Numbered from the stretch's first letter, positions 18,654 to 28,230 are shown. The stretch: 64,000 nt of DNA from an uncultured delta proteobacterium (GCA_963761335.1 CAVXGR010000018.1:576001-640000), one strand, 5' to 3'. Program-made: numbers and translations. Notes: a model not told the origin generated them from the sequence alone.

Positions 18654-19691
18654 ATGGCGAATCTGGGCTATCTGCAGCTCACCCGCAATTGCTATCAGAA
18701 GTGCCAGTTCTGTAGTAATCCGCCGACCGGGGTGCATCTCAACGAGGAGGAGATGCGCGCCAACATCGACCGCCTGGTCGAGCTCGGCTACGACGGCGTG
18801 ATCCTCACCGGCGGCGAGCCGAGCATCTCGGAGCTGCTCTTGCCGGCGCTGGCCTACGCCCGCGAGCGCGACCTCTTCAGCCGCATGATCACCAACGGTC
18901 AGAGGCTCGCCGACCGGGACTTCTTCCGCCGCTGCGTCGACGCCGGGCTGACCCACATCCACGTGTCCCTGCACAGCTATCGGCGCGAGGTCCACGACTT
19001 CATCACCCAGTACCGCGGCGCCTGGGATCTCCTGGTGGAGTGTCTGAGCCACGTGCCGGAGATGGGCATCACCTGCGACATCAACACGGTGATCAACGTG
19101 TACAACTGCGATCACCTCCACGAGAACGTGCAGTGGATCTGCGAGAACTTCCCGTTCATCCGGCACTTCGTGTGGAACAACATGGACCCCGACGGCAATC
19201 GCGCCGAGGAGAATCCCGACTGCATTCCCCGGCACTACGAGTTCCAGGTGTCGCTGGAGCGCGCCATGGAGTACCTGGTGAGCAGCGGGCGGACCTTCCG
19301 CGCCGAGCGCGTGCCGCTGTGCTACATGCGCCACTTCGCCTGGGCCTCCACCGAGGCCCGCAAGATCATCAAGGAGGAGGAGCGCTGCATCAAGTTCCTC
19401 GATGCCAAGGGCTTCATCCACCAGAAGGAGTTTCTGCACGGCAAGGGCACCGCCTGCGACGTCTGTCGCTTCGACACGATCTGCGCGGGCATGTTCTCGA
19501 TGGCCAAGACCTACGACGAGCGCGAGCTGTCGCCGATCTTCGACGATCCGCTCGATGTGATCGTCCAGGTGCTGGGACGGAGGCCGTCCCCGGACCTGCT
19601 CGAGAGACTGCAGAAGCGGCGCGGCCGGCGCTCGAAGACGGAGCAGCCGTCGGTGGAAAAGAGGGAACAGGCGCTCTCGCGGGCGCTGTAG
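18654..19691 (+). CDS. Radical SAM protein (HxsC-like) with twitch-type C-terminal Cys
   Basis: CYQKCQFC, TGGEP, ITNG, VPLCYM and CDVCxxxxxC. Confidence 0.9.
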   Translation: MANLGYLQLTRNCYQKCQFCSNPPTGVHLNEEEMRANIDRLVELGYDGVILTGGEPSISELLLPALAYARERDLFSRMITNGQRLADRDFFRRCVDAGLTHIHVSLHSYRREVHDFITQYRGAWDLLVECLSHVPEMGITCDINTVINVYNCDHLHENVQWICENFPFIRHFVWNNMDPDGNRAEENPDCIPRHYEFQVSLERAMEYLVSSGRTFRAERVPLCYMRHFAWASTEARKIIKEEERCIKFLDAKGFIHQKEFLHGKGTACDVCRFDTICAGMFSMAKTYDERELSPIFDDPLDVIVQVLGRRPSPDLLERLQKRRGRRSKTEQPSVEKREQALSRAL

Positions 19692-19694
19692 GCC

Positions 19695-22007
19695 ATGCCC
19701 CGCTTGCTCTTCGTCAACCCGCCCCTCGTCCTCGACGAGGACTTCATCGACTACCCGTACTTCGCCAATCACGGACTGCTCGCCTGCGCCGGGATGGCGG
19801 CGCGCGCCGGGGCGCAGGTGGACGTCTACGACGCCTTCGCGCAGCCCGCCTCGGGGCGCCACCGGCGGGCCGCAGGCGGCTTCGTTCTCGGCGTCGGGCA
19901 CGCCGACTTCATCGCCGGCCTGCCCGAGGGCGAGCCCGACGTGGTGGTGCTCGGCGCCTCCGTCTTCCTGCGCATCGAGGCGGCACACGCGGAGACGCGG
20001 GCGCTGATCGCGGCGCTCCGCCGGCGGTTCCCGGACGCCGTGCTGCTGCTCGCCGACGGCTACGTGGGCGGCCAGCACTACATGGACTACGATGGCGTAC
20101 GGGTGCTGGCGGAGTACGAGGAGCTGGATGCGATCCTCAAGTACCCCGGCGAGCGCCTCTTCGGCGACCCCGCGTATCTCGCCACACTCCGCGGCGCCAG
20201 AAGGGTACTGACGGAGGCAGGGGAGCGCGGCGCCGATCCCCTCGCATCGTTTTATATGCTCGATGCCATCGATCTGGGGAGCTTCGATCGCTTTCTCGAT
20301 CGCTGCTTCGCCGACGGGCTGTGGCAGGACACCTTCGGTGTCGGCAGCGGCACCCGCTCCTTTCTCACCAGCATGGGCTGCCCGCATCGCTGCATCTTCT
20401 GCACCAGCAATCCCGGCTGGCGGCGCAGCGGCCGCAAGCTCTACCAGCCGATCCCGCTGGCCCGCCTGAAGCACTGGGCCTTCCTGCTGCGCACCGCCTT
20501 CGGGGCGCGCAAGCTCATCGTTCTCGACGAGATGGTGAACGTGCGCCCGGACTTCGAGGCGCTGCTCACCGCCTTCAACGACCTCGATCTCTCCTACGAT
20601 TTCCCCAACGGCATGCGCGCCGACCATCTCAGCCGCGAGGCCGTCGCCCTCATGCGGGGACGCGTCAGCGTGGTCAGCATCTCGGCGGAGAGCGCCACGC
20701 AGGAGGATCTCGACGGCCCCATCGGCAAGGGCCAGAAGCTCGACGCCATCTTTCGGGCCGCCGCCTGGTGTCAGGAGATCGGTGTGCCCTTGATGATCCA
20801 CTACATCATCGGCTTTCCGTGGGAGACCCCGGCGCACATCACCGCGACCCTGGAGATGGCATGGGACCTCTATGAGCGCTACGGCGCCTGGCCCTCGATG
20901 CAGTTCGCGACGCCGATCCGCGGCACCGCGCTGCACGAGCAGTGCGCCTCGCTCGGGCTGATACCGCCGGAAGGCATCGATCTCAAGGACGGGGCTCTCT
21001 TCCAGCACCGCCCGTGCTACGAGCCGCCGCACTGCCCTCCCGGCTACGTCGCCAAGGCGCGCGCCGCCTTCGACATGAAGATGGCCGCCCGCGAGTCCCG
21101 CAAGCTGATCGTCAACATCACCTACAAGTGCGCCAACCGCTGCGTCTTCTGCGCCACCGGCGACCGCATCTCGGCGGCGCTCGACTGGGAGAAGATCGAG
21201 GGGATCCTCCGCCAGCATCGCCAGGAGGGGACGGATCTTCTCGACATCGACGGCGGCGAGCCGACCCTGCACCCGCGACTCCTCGACGCCGTCGCCCTGG
21301 CGCGGGATCTCGGCTACCGCGCCATCAACGTCACCAGCAACGGTCGCCTGCTGCGCGATCCGGCGGTCGCTCGCGGCCTTCTCGAGAGCGGCATCACGCA
21401 TCTGCTGATCTCGCTGCACGGGGCCACTGCCGCCGTGCACGACGCCGCGACCGATACGCCGGGAAGCTTCGAGCAGACGGTTGCCGGCATCGACAACGTC
21501 ATGGCCATGCGTCCGCCGCACGTCGACACGGGCATGAACGTCACCATCGTGCGCGACAACGTCGATCAGCTGATGCCGCTCGCCGCCCTGGCGGTGGAGA
21601 AGGGTTTTGCCAAGATCAACTTTCAGTTCACCACGCCGTTCGGCCGCGCCTACGAGGACGTGGTGCCGCCTCTCGAGGAGGCGGCGCGTGCGGTGATGCG
21701 GGTCATCGACCGCTACGCGGGCGAGATTCAGATCCACGTGATCAACGCCCAGTTCTGCGCCTTCCCCGGCTACGAGCAGTACGTCGTCGGCGATCTGCAG
21801 AAGCTCGGCCGCACCATGATCTTCGCCGCCGATCCGCGCTTTCCGGAGCAGGTGAACCTGTACCAGTGGCTGGGGGCCCGTCGCGAGAAGCGCGCCGTCT
21901 GCGGCCAGTGCCCATGGACGACCGCGTGCGAGGGCTTCCAGGTCTTCGCCCAGGAGAAGCCCGATATGCGCGTCGAGCGCGCCCGACCGAGCGTCGCGGT
22001 GGCCTGA
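19695..22007 (+). CDS. Fusion of B12-binding radical SAM (class B methyltransferase-like) and a second HxsC-like radical SAM domain
   Basis: N-terminal LLFVNPP cobalamin-binding-type domain; TSMGCPHRCIFC, YIIGFPWET and TPIRGT.L; then CANRCVFC, GGEPTLHP, SLHG and terminal CxxCxxxxxC. Confidence 0.88.
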   Translation: MPRLLFVNPPLVLDEDFIDYPYFANHGLLACAGMAARAGAQVDVYDAFAQPASGRHRRAAGGFVLGVGHADFIAGLPEGEPDVVVLGASVFLRIEAAHAETRALIAALRRRFPDAVLLLADGYVGGQHYMDYDGVRVLAEYEELDAILKYPGERLFGDPAYLATLRGARRVLTEAGERGADPLASFYMLDAIDLGSFDRFLDRCFADGLWQDTFGVGSGTRSFLTSMGCPHRCIFCTSNPGWRRSGRKLYQPIPLARLKHWAFLLRTAFGARKLIVLDEMVNVRPDFEALLTAFNDLDLSYDFPNGMRADHLSREAVALMRGRVSVVSISAESATQEDLDGPIGKGQKLDAIFRAAAWCQEIGVPLMIHYIIGFPWETPAHITATLEMAWDLYERYGAWPSMQFATPIRGTALHEQCASLGLIPPEGIDLKDGALFQHRPCYEPPHCPPGYVAKARAAFDMKMAARESRKLIVNITYKCANRCVFCATGDRISAALDWEKIEGILRQHRQEGTDLLDIDGGEPTLHPRLLDAVALARDLGYRAINVTSNGRLLRDPAVARGLLESGITHLLISLHGATAAVHDAATDTPGSFEQTVAGIDNVMAMRPPHVDTGMNVTIVRDNVDQLMPLAALAVEKGFAKINFQFTTPFGRAYEDVVPPLEEAARAVMRVIDRYAGEIQIHVINAQFCAFPGYEQYVVGDLQKLGRTMIFAADPRFPEQVNLYQWLGARREKRAVCGQCPWTTACEGFQVFAQEKPDMRVERARPSVAVA

Positions 22008-22009
22008 GC

Positions 22010-22942
22010 ATGGAGACGATCCAGCTGGGCGGGCAGTGGTTCGACTACGCCGACGTCCTCATCGACGTCATGTTCGGCTACGCCTGCAACGTCCAGTGCG
22101 ACTACTGCTCGATCACCGACGACATGCGCCGGGAGAACATGACGACGGCGTCGGTCATCGCGCAGCTCGCCGAGGCGCGGGCGCGCGGCGCCACCCGGGT
22201 CGCCTTTGGCGGCGGCGAGCCGACCATCCGGCGGAGCCTGTTGCCGCTGGCGCGCTGGTGCCGCGATCGCGGCTATCGCTCGATCAAGGTCGCCTCCAAC
22301 GGGCTCATGTACTCGTATCGCTCCTTCGCGGAGGAGGCGAGCGAGGCGGGCATCAACTCGTTCCACATCTCCTTCATGGCGCACACGCCCGAGCTCTACG
22401 AGAAGATCATGGGAAAGCCGGGGGCGCTGTCGCTGGTGACCGAGGGGCTCCGCAACCTGATCGCCCTGGGCCACAAGCCGGTCGGCGACCTGATCATCAA
22501 GAGCGACACCTGGATGCATCTCGCGGACATCGTCGAGCACTGGGCCGCTCTCGGTGTCGAGACCTTCAACCTGTGGTTGGTGTCGCTGTCGGATCGCAAC
22601 CGCGACAATCTCGACTCGCTGTTGCCGGTCAGCACCATGCGCGAGGGGATCGGCGCTGCCTTCGAGCGCGGCCGGAGCCTCGGGGTCACGGTTCTGTCGC
22701 GCCACATTCCGCGCTGCATGCTCCCCGGGTACGAGGATCAGGTCGCCGATCTGCGCGACGACAAGGTGCTGGTGGTGACGCCGCGCACCTCTTTCGCACT
22801 CTGGGAATCGAAGATCTCTCCCAACACCTACGCCGAGAAGTGCCAGGGCTGCCGCCACCAGCACGGCGTCTGCCTCGGGCTGCGCCAGGACTACCTGGAG
22901 CGCTACGGCGACGCCGAGGTGCAGCCGGAGTACGCGCAATGA
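22010..22942 (+). CDS. Radical SAM protein (HxsC-like) with twitch-type C-terminal Cys
   Basis: ATG 22010; CNVQCDYC, GGGEPT, ASNG, IPRC and CQGC...VCLG...Y...YG..E..P. Confidence 0.9.
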   Translation: METIQLGGQWFDYADVLIDVMFGYACNVQCDYCSITDDMRRENMTTASVIAQLAEARARGATRVAFGGGEPTIRRSLLPLARWCRDRGYRSIKVASNGLMYSYRSFAEEASEAGINSFHISFMAHTPELYEKIMGKPGALSLVTEGLRNLIALGHKPVGDLIIKSDTWMHLADIVEHWAALGVETFNLWLVSLSDRNRDNLDSLLPVSTMREGIGAAFERGRSLGVTVLSRHIPRCMLPGYEDQVADLRDDKVLVVTPRTSFALWESKISPNTYAEKCQGCRHQHGVCLGLRQDYLERYGDAEVQPEYAQ

Positions 22943-22943
22943 T

Positions 22944-23021
22944 GGGGACAGGCTACTTTTCGGCGGCACCGCCTGCCGATTCAAGAGAAGGCGACGCGTC
23001 GCCGAAGAGTAGCCTGTCCCC
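22944..23021. repeat. Intergenic inverted repeat (22-bp arms, 1 mismatch), REP/hairpin-like
   Basis: ggggacaggctacttttcggcg (22944-22965) pairs with cgccgaagagtagcctgtcccc (23000-23021). Confidence 0.85.
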
Positions 23022-23071
23022 CTTCCACTTGATGAACGCGCAGCAATGCGGCATCCCCTGACCAGAAGCTC

Positions 23072-23527
23072 ATGACTCACACCCGAATAGAAACCCTCGA
23101 CGCGCAGGGGTCGACGCTGACCCTGTCGCTCGACATCGGCCTGTATCCGCGCGACGTGCTCTACGCCGCCGCCTACGTGTTCCTCGACCGCGCCTACGTG
23201 CTCCTCGACCGCGATGGCTCGCGTTTCCTCGTGCACCTGCGGGGCAAGCAGCTCCTCGAAGAGGAGGCTCTGCGGGCCATGGCCGGCGAGTTCGAGAACG
23301 AGCTCCTCGCCCAGGCGCTGCGGCAGCGGGTGACCCGCACCAACCAGAGACTCATCGAGGACATCGCCTCCCTGGCGATCGCCGGTGCCGCCGGCGCCGC
23401 AGTGCACGGCGACGTCGCGTCCGACGACTCCGGGCTGATCGATGTCGACGCCCCCGGCGAGGACGGCTTTCTCGACGACCCCCTGGGCATTGCCGAGCCC
23501 TGGGAGTCCAAGAAGAAGGACGGGTGA
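23072..23527 (+). CDS. hxsD: His-Xaa-Ser system protein HxsD (second copy)
   Basis: LDIGLYPRDVLYAAAYVFLDRAYV...GEFENELLAQALR...LDDPLGIAEPWESK. Confidence 0.88.
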   Translation: MTHTRIETLDAQGSTLTLSLDIGLYPRDVLYAAAYVFLDRAYVLLDRDGSRFLVHLRGKQLLEEEALRAMAGEFENELLAQALRQRVTRTNQRLIEDIASLAIAGAAGAAVHGDVASDDSGLIDVDAPGEDGFLDDPLGIAEPWESKKKDG

Positions 23528-23532
23528 GCGCG

Positions 23533-23778
23533 ATGTCTGCCGGCACCGCCGAGCCCGCCACCGTGAAGCTGCACTGCGCCCTGTACATGCGCGAGGCGAT
23601 CACGGACGCGGCGGCGACCTTTGCCGACTTCGCTTCGTTCGTCCTCCGCCTCGACGGCGATCACTTTCTCGTCGAGGTCAGCGACATCGATGCCGAGGTC
23701 GAGGGCGATGTGGTGGCGGAGTTCTGCAACTTCGCCCTGGCGCACACGGCGATGCGCCGCAAGAGCCAGCATGCTTGA
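23533..23778 (+). CDS. Small HxsD-like protein (second copy)
   Basis: LHCALYMREAITDAAATF...VAEFCNFAL; paralogue of 9816..10055. Alternative GTG start at 23524. Confidence 0.75.
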   Translation: MSAGTAEPATVKLHCALYMREAITDAAATFADFASFVLRLDGDHFLVEVSDIDAEVEGDVVAEFCNFALAHTAMRRKSQHA

Positions 23779-25321
23779 CGCCGGGGCCCGCATCGAGAAC
23801 GGCAGCCGCGATCTGCTGCCGCGCGGCCGCCAGGTCGACTTCACCAGGCTCTCCAGCCCCGACCGCTGGCAGCCGGAGCTCGCCGTTCCCTTCAATCAGC
23901 GGATGATCGGCGAGAAGGTGTTGATCAGCAACGATCTCGGCGATTGGTTGCTGCTCTCCCAGGAGGAGTTCCGCGATCTCCTCGAAGGCCGACCACAGCC
24001 GGGGGAGCCTCTCTACGAGAAGCTGGGGCGCGCCAACTTCATCGCCGCCGAGATCGACGTCCATGCCCAGGCAGAGCGCTGGCGGCGCAAGAAGCAGTAC
24101 CTGTTTCAGGGGCCGACGCTGCACGCCTTCGTGCTGACGCATCGCTGCAACCACGGATGCCAGTACTGCCACAGCTCGATCGTCGGCATGGAGCGCACCG
24201 ACACGGACATGTCGATGGAGGTTGCCGAGCGCGCCGTCGATATGGCCTTCCAGACCACTGCCTGGGCGCTGACCATCGAGTTCCAGGGCGGTGAGCCGAC
24301 GGCCAACTGGGACGTGCTCCGCCATGTCGTCGAGTACGCACGCGAGAAGAACATCACCGCCGGGAAGGTCCTTTCCTTCGCGCTGGTGACCAACCTCTCG
24401 CTCATGGACGACGAGAAGCTCGACTATCTCCTCGACCGCCGCGTGCAGATCTGCACCAGCCTCGACGGTCCCGCCGACCTGCACAACAAGATCCGCGTCT
24501 TCAAGGGCGGCAACAGCCACGAGATGGTCCTCGGCTGGATGAAGAAGATCAACCAGCGCTACGCCGACATGGGCCTGGACGTGAACCATTACCGGGTCGA
24601 GGCCCTGCCGACGATCACCCGTCCCAGCCTGACGCGCTGGAGGGACATCGTCGACCAGTTCGTCGCAGCCGGCTGCCGCGCCGTCTTCCTGCGCAAGCTG
24701 GACCCATTCGGATTCGCGGCGCGCAGCGCCAAGACGCTGGGCTACTCCATGGACGAGTTCCTGGAGTTCTACGCCAATGCCGTGGACTACATCATCGAGC
24801 TCAATCGCCAGGGCGTGCAGGTGATGGAGCGGCACGCGGCGATCATGCTCAACAAGATTCTCGCCGACGAAGAGCCCAACTATCTCGACCTGCGCATCCC
24901 CGGCGGCGCCTGCATCGGCCAGCTCGGCTACGCGCCGGACGGCAGCATCTACTCCTCCGACGAGGGCCGCTTCGTCGCCTCCATGGGCGACGACATGTTC
25001 AGGATCGGCAGCGTGTACGACAGCTACCACGAGCTGATGACCAGCGGCGCCACCCGCGCCCTGGTGATGGCGGGCCTCAACGACGGCCAGCCGGACTGCG
25101 TCAGCTGCGTCTACAAGCCGTGGTGCGGCCAGCAGGTCGAGTACAACTACAAGACCCAGGGCAGTCTGCACGGCCACATGCGCGACTCGACCTGGTGCAA
25201 GAAGCACAAGTCGATCTTCGACTACCTCATGCACAAGCTCGAGTCGGCCGACGAGCGGGACATGGAGATGTTCCGCCTGTGGACGACCAACCGCACCCTG
25301 GAGCACTTCATCATCGAATAG
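23771..25321 (+). CDS. hxsB: His-Xaa-Ser system radical SAM maturase HxsB
   Basis: LISNDLGDW N-terminus, GPTLH..VLTHRCNHGCQYC, IEFQGGEP, SLDGP, YLDLR.P.GA.IGQLGY..DG.IY.SDEGR and CVSCVYKPWCG...C. Confidence 0.93.
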   Translation: MLDAGARIENGSRDLLPRGRQVDFTRLSSPDRWQPELAVPFNQRMIGEKVLISNDLGDWLLLSQEEFRDLLEGRPQPGEPLYEKLGRANFIAAEIDVHAQAERWRRKKQYLFQGPTLHAFVLTHRCNHGCQYCHSSIVGMERTDTDMSMEVAERAVDMAFQTTAWALTIEFQGGEPTANWDVLRHVVEYAREKNITAGKVLSFALVTNLSLMDDEKLDYLLDRRVQICTSLDGPADLHNKIRVFKGGNSHEMVLGWMKKINQRYADMGLDVNHYRVEALPTITRPSLTRWRDIVDQFVAAGCRAVFLRKLDPFGFAARSAKTLGYSMDEFLEFYANAVDYIIELNRQGVQVMERHAAIMLNKILADEEPNYLDLRIPGGACIGQLGYAPDGSIYSSDEGRFVASMGDDMFRIGSVYDSYHELMTSGATRALVMAGLNDGQPDCVSCVYKPWCGQQVEYNYKTQGSLHGHMRDSTWCKKHKSIFDYLMHKLESADERDMEMFRLWTTNRTLEHFIIE

Positions 25322-25331
25322 CCGGAGGCGT

Positions 25332-25516
25332 GGCTCGGTTTCTCGGTGGCTCGGTTATCGGGTTAACGGCTTCTCGGATTGGGCGACGCGCCGCTTTCTC
25401 CGTCGACCAAGCGGATAACTCGATAACCCATAAGCCCGGTAACCGAGCTCCCGAGCCACAGAGCCACAGAGCCACAGAGCCACAGAGAAACTGAGCCACT
25501 GAGCCACTGAGCCACC
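25332..25516. repeat. Intergenic octamer repeat tract (GAGCCACA/GAGCCACT)n with partly inverted degenerate copies
   Basis: gagccacagagccacagagccacagagccacag...ctgagccactgagccactgagccac at 25453-25515, with complementary ggctcgg motifs at 25332-25353; lies between convergent genes. Confidence 0.75.
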
Positions 25517-25529
25517 GCGCTCCGAGGGC

Positions 25530-26429
25530 TCAGTGTTGCGCGAACTGCTCGAGAATGCGCTCGCGCGGCAGGGCCTTTGCCTTCATGTGCTCCTGTCGTT
25601 CGCGCACCAGGCTCTCGTAGGTCGGCGGCGGCTCGGGATCGCGGTAGAGCACCCCGGTGTAGAGCTCCTTGCCGTAGGTCTGCGCCAGCGCCATCGCCTT
25701 CACCCGGTGGAGCGGCTTGTAGCCGATCTTGGCGAGCGATTTCATCCCCTCGCGATGCGCCTTGAGCTGCCGGTCGGGCTCACCGAAGGTGACGCAGGGC
25801 GACTGCACGTTGACGAAGGCGAAGCCCGGGAAGCGGATCGCCTCCTCGATGATCGCCGCCAGCCCCGGCATGTCGGCGGGTGTCCCCTGGGCCACGAAGT
25901 GGGCACCGTAGCCGAGAACGTAGAGGAGCGGGTTCACCGGATCCTCGAGACTGCCCTCCGGAGAGGTGACCGTGTGGCGACCGCGGGCCGAGGTCGGCGA
26001 CAGCTGCCCCTTGGTGAGGCCGTACGTCTGGTTGTCCATGACGATGTAGGTGAGGTCGATGTTGCGGCGAATCACGTGCGGCAGATGTCCGCCGCCGATC
26101 GAGAAGCCGTCGCCGTCGCCGCCGGCGACCAGGACCAGTAGATCGGGGTTGGCCAGCTTGATGCCCTGGGCGATCGGCAGGGCGCGCCCGTGCACGCTGT
26201 TGAAGCCGTAGGCGGTGGTGTATCCGGGAATGCGGCTCGAGCAGCCGATGCCGGAGACGAAGGCAATCTCGTGAGGCGGCCTGCCGATGTGGGCCAGGGC
26301 GCGGTTCAGGGCCGTGAGCACCCCGAAATCTCCACAGCCCGGGCACCAGATCGGCTTGAGCTCGCTCTTGAAGTCCGACGGGTCGAAGGCCGGGGTCGAG
26401 GGGCAGCTGAGGGCAGTGTTCACGTGCAT
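25530..26429 (-). CDS. korB: 2-oxoacid:ferredoxin oxidoreductase beta subunit
   Basis: WCPGCGDFG, SGIGCSSR, HGRALP.A.G.K, GGDGD TPP-binding motif, NQTYGLTKGQ.SPT and SPCVTF. Confidence 0.93.
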   Translation of the reverse strand: MHVNTALSCPSTPAFDPSDFKSELKPIWCPGCGDFGVLTALNRALAHIGRPPHEIAFVSGIGCSSRIPGYTTAYGFNSVHGRALPIAQGIKLANPDLLVLVAGGDGDGFSIGGGHLPHVIRRNIDLTYIVMDNQTYGLTKGQLSPTSARGRHTVTSPEGSLEDPVNPLLYVLGYGAHFVAQGTPADMPGLAAIIEEAIRFPGFAFVNVQSPCVTFGEPDRQLKAHREGMKSLAKIGYKPLHRVKAMALAQTYGKELYTGVLYRDPEPPPTYESLVRERQEHMKAKALPRERILEQFAQH

Positions 26430-26439
26430 GGTGTCTCCG

Positions 26440-28230
26440 TCATTCGGCGGCTTGCAGCGCGTCCTCATGGCGGCGCTGCAGGCGCAGGGCGAGCTCGCCG
26501 AGGTGCTCGACGATCTCGGTGGGCTGGAAGGGGATGGCGCCGCTGCGCGCCAACGACTCGATTCCGGGGGGCAGGTCGACGTACATGCGCATGAGGCGGA
26601 AGAGCTGCCCCTGATACGACTGCTCGACCACCAGGCCGGCGTGCACGCCGGTGAGAAACTCGAGATAGGTCTCCTCGACCACCGGGTAGAGGAGCAGCGG
26701 TGTGAGCAGCTTGACGCGCAGGCCGGCATCCCGGGCGAGACGCAGCGCCTCGCGGCAGACGCCCGCGGTGCTGCCCCAGCTGATCAGCGCCAGGGCGGCG
26801 CCGGGATCGCCTTCGATGCGGAAGAGGTCGCTCTGGGCGCGCAGCGCATCGAACTTGTGAAAGCGCTTCTCGGTCATGCGCGCGTGCACCGCACCGCTGG
26901 CGGTGGGCGCGCCGGCGTCGTTGTGCTCGATGCCGGCGCCCTGGTAGTTGCCGCCGAGCATGCCCGGGTGGCTGATGGGGCTCACCCCGTCGTCGGTGAA
27001 GCGGAAGCGCCGGTAGCTCTGCAGCTCGGCGTCGGTCGGCTCGCGGCGCTCGAGCCGCGCGAACTGGGTCGTGTCGATCGGGTCGAGAGACTCCTTGCGC
27101 TGTGCGATCTCCTGATCGGAGAGGATGACCACCGGGGTCTGAAAGCGCTCGGCGACGTTGAAGGCGTGCACGGTCACCGCGAAGGTGTCGGCGACACAGG
27201 TCGGCGCCAGCACCGGGCGCAGCACGTCGCCGTGCGCGGAGAACACCGCCTGGAACAGGTCCGCCTGCTCCGACTTGGTCGGCATCCCCGTCGACGGGCC
27301 GCCGCGCTGCACGTCGACGACCACCAAGGGCAGCTCGGCGATGCTCGCCAGGCCGAGCATCTCGGTTTTCAGTGACATGCCGGGGCCGGAGGTCGCGGTC
27401 ATCGACTTCTTCCCGGCGAACGACGCCCCCAGGGCCGCGCCGACGCCGGCGATCTCGTCCTCGGCCTGCAGCAGAGCGCCGCCGTACTTCCAGATCTCGC
27501 GGCTGAGGAACTGCATGATCTCGGTGGAAGGCGTGATCGGGTAGCCGCCGAAGAACTCGCAGCCGGCGAACAGCGCCGCCGCGGCGCACATCTCGTTGCC
27601 GTCCACCAGGAGCTTGCCGCCCGCCTTGCCGCTGGCCGGGGCGAGAGCGCGGGCGCGCTGCAGTGGGTGATCGGTGGCGTACTCGACGCCGGCGGCGAAG
27701 GCGTCCTCGGCTCCCTGGAGCACGGCCTGGCTCTTCTTGGCGAAGCGCTTGTGCATGCCGCGCAGCAGCGCCTCTCTGGCAATGCCGAACCAGCCGGCGA
27801 GCAGGCCGAGGACGACGATGTTCTTGGCGCGGTCGCCGCCCGAGGTGCGCCGCGCCATCTCGGCGATCGGCACGCTGCACACCTCGCTCGGCGACACCCC
27901 GATGAGCGGGATCTCGTCCGGCGGAATTCCGCAGCCGGCGTCGTAGATCACCACCGTCTTGCCGCCGACCGGCAGCTCGGCCCCGAACTTCATGAAGTCG
28001 TCCCAGTTGAGGGCGACGGCGACGTCCAGCGTGCCCGCCGAGTTGAAGATCGGCTCGTTCGAGATCCGCACCCGGCAGGAGGACTCGCCACCGCGGATCT
28101 GCGAGCCGAACGCCTTGGCCATGATCACGTGGTAGCCTTCGTAGGCGGCCGCCGAGGTGAGAGACTCGCCGGCAGACACGATGCCGTCTCCACCTGAGCC
28201 GGCCATCCCAATCATCAGGTCACTGTCCAT
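26440..28230 (-). CDS. korA: 2-oxoacid:ferredoxin oxidoreductase alpha subunit (gamma-alpha fusion)
   Basis: GSGGDG...QIRGGES, GYPITPSTE, EDEIA, TSGPG and QRGGPSTGMPTK.EQ.D. Confidence 0.93.
   Translation of the reverse strand: MDSDLMIGMAGSGGDGIVSAGESLTSAAAYEGYHVIMAKAFGSQIRGGESSCRVRISNEPIFNSAGTLDVAVALNWDDFMKFGAELPVGGKTVVIYDAGCGIPPDEIPLIGVSPSEVCSVPIAEMARRTSGGDRAKNIVVLGLLAGWFGIAREALLRGMHKRFAKKSQAVLQGAEDAFAAGVEYATDHPLQRARALAPASGKAGGKLLVDGNEMCAAAALFAGCEFFGGYPITPSTEIMQFLSREIWKYGGALLQAEDEIAGVGAALGASFAGKKSMTATSGPGMSLKTEMLGLASIAELPLVVVDVQRGGPSTGMPTKSEQADLFQAVFSAHGDVLRPVLAPTCVADTFAVTVHAFNVAERFQTPVVILSDQEIAQRKESLDPIDTTQFARLERREPTDAELQSYRRFRFTDDGVSPISHPGMLGGNYQGAGIEHNDAGAPTASGAVHARMTEKRFHKFDALRAQSDLFRIEGDPGAALALISWGSTAGVCREALRLARDAGLRVKLLTPLLLYPVVEETYLEFLTGVHAGLVVEQSYQGQLFRLMRMYVDLPPGIESLARSGAIPFQPTEIVEHLGELALRLQRRHEDALQAAE

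Noticed and set aside
18354..21737. 1127-aa minus-strand ORF and other long antisense ORFs (e.g. 30967..33882, 23678..25306, 61837..63339)
   Set aside because: High-GC shadow ORFs opposite genes with clear family motifs; no recognisable domains.
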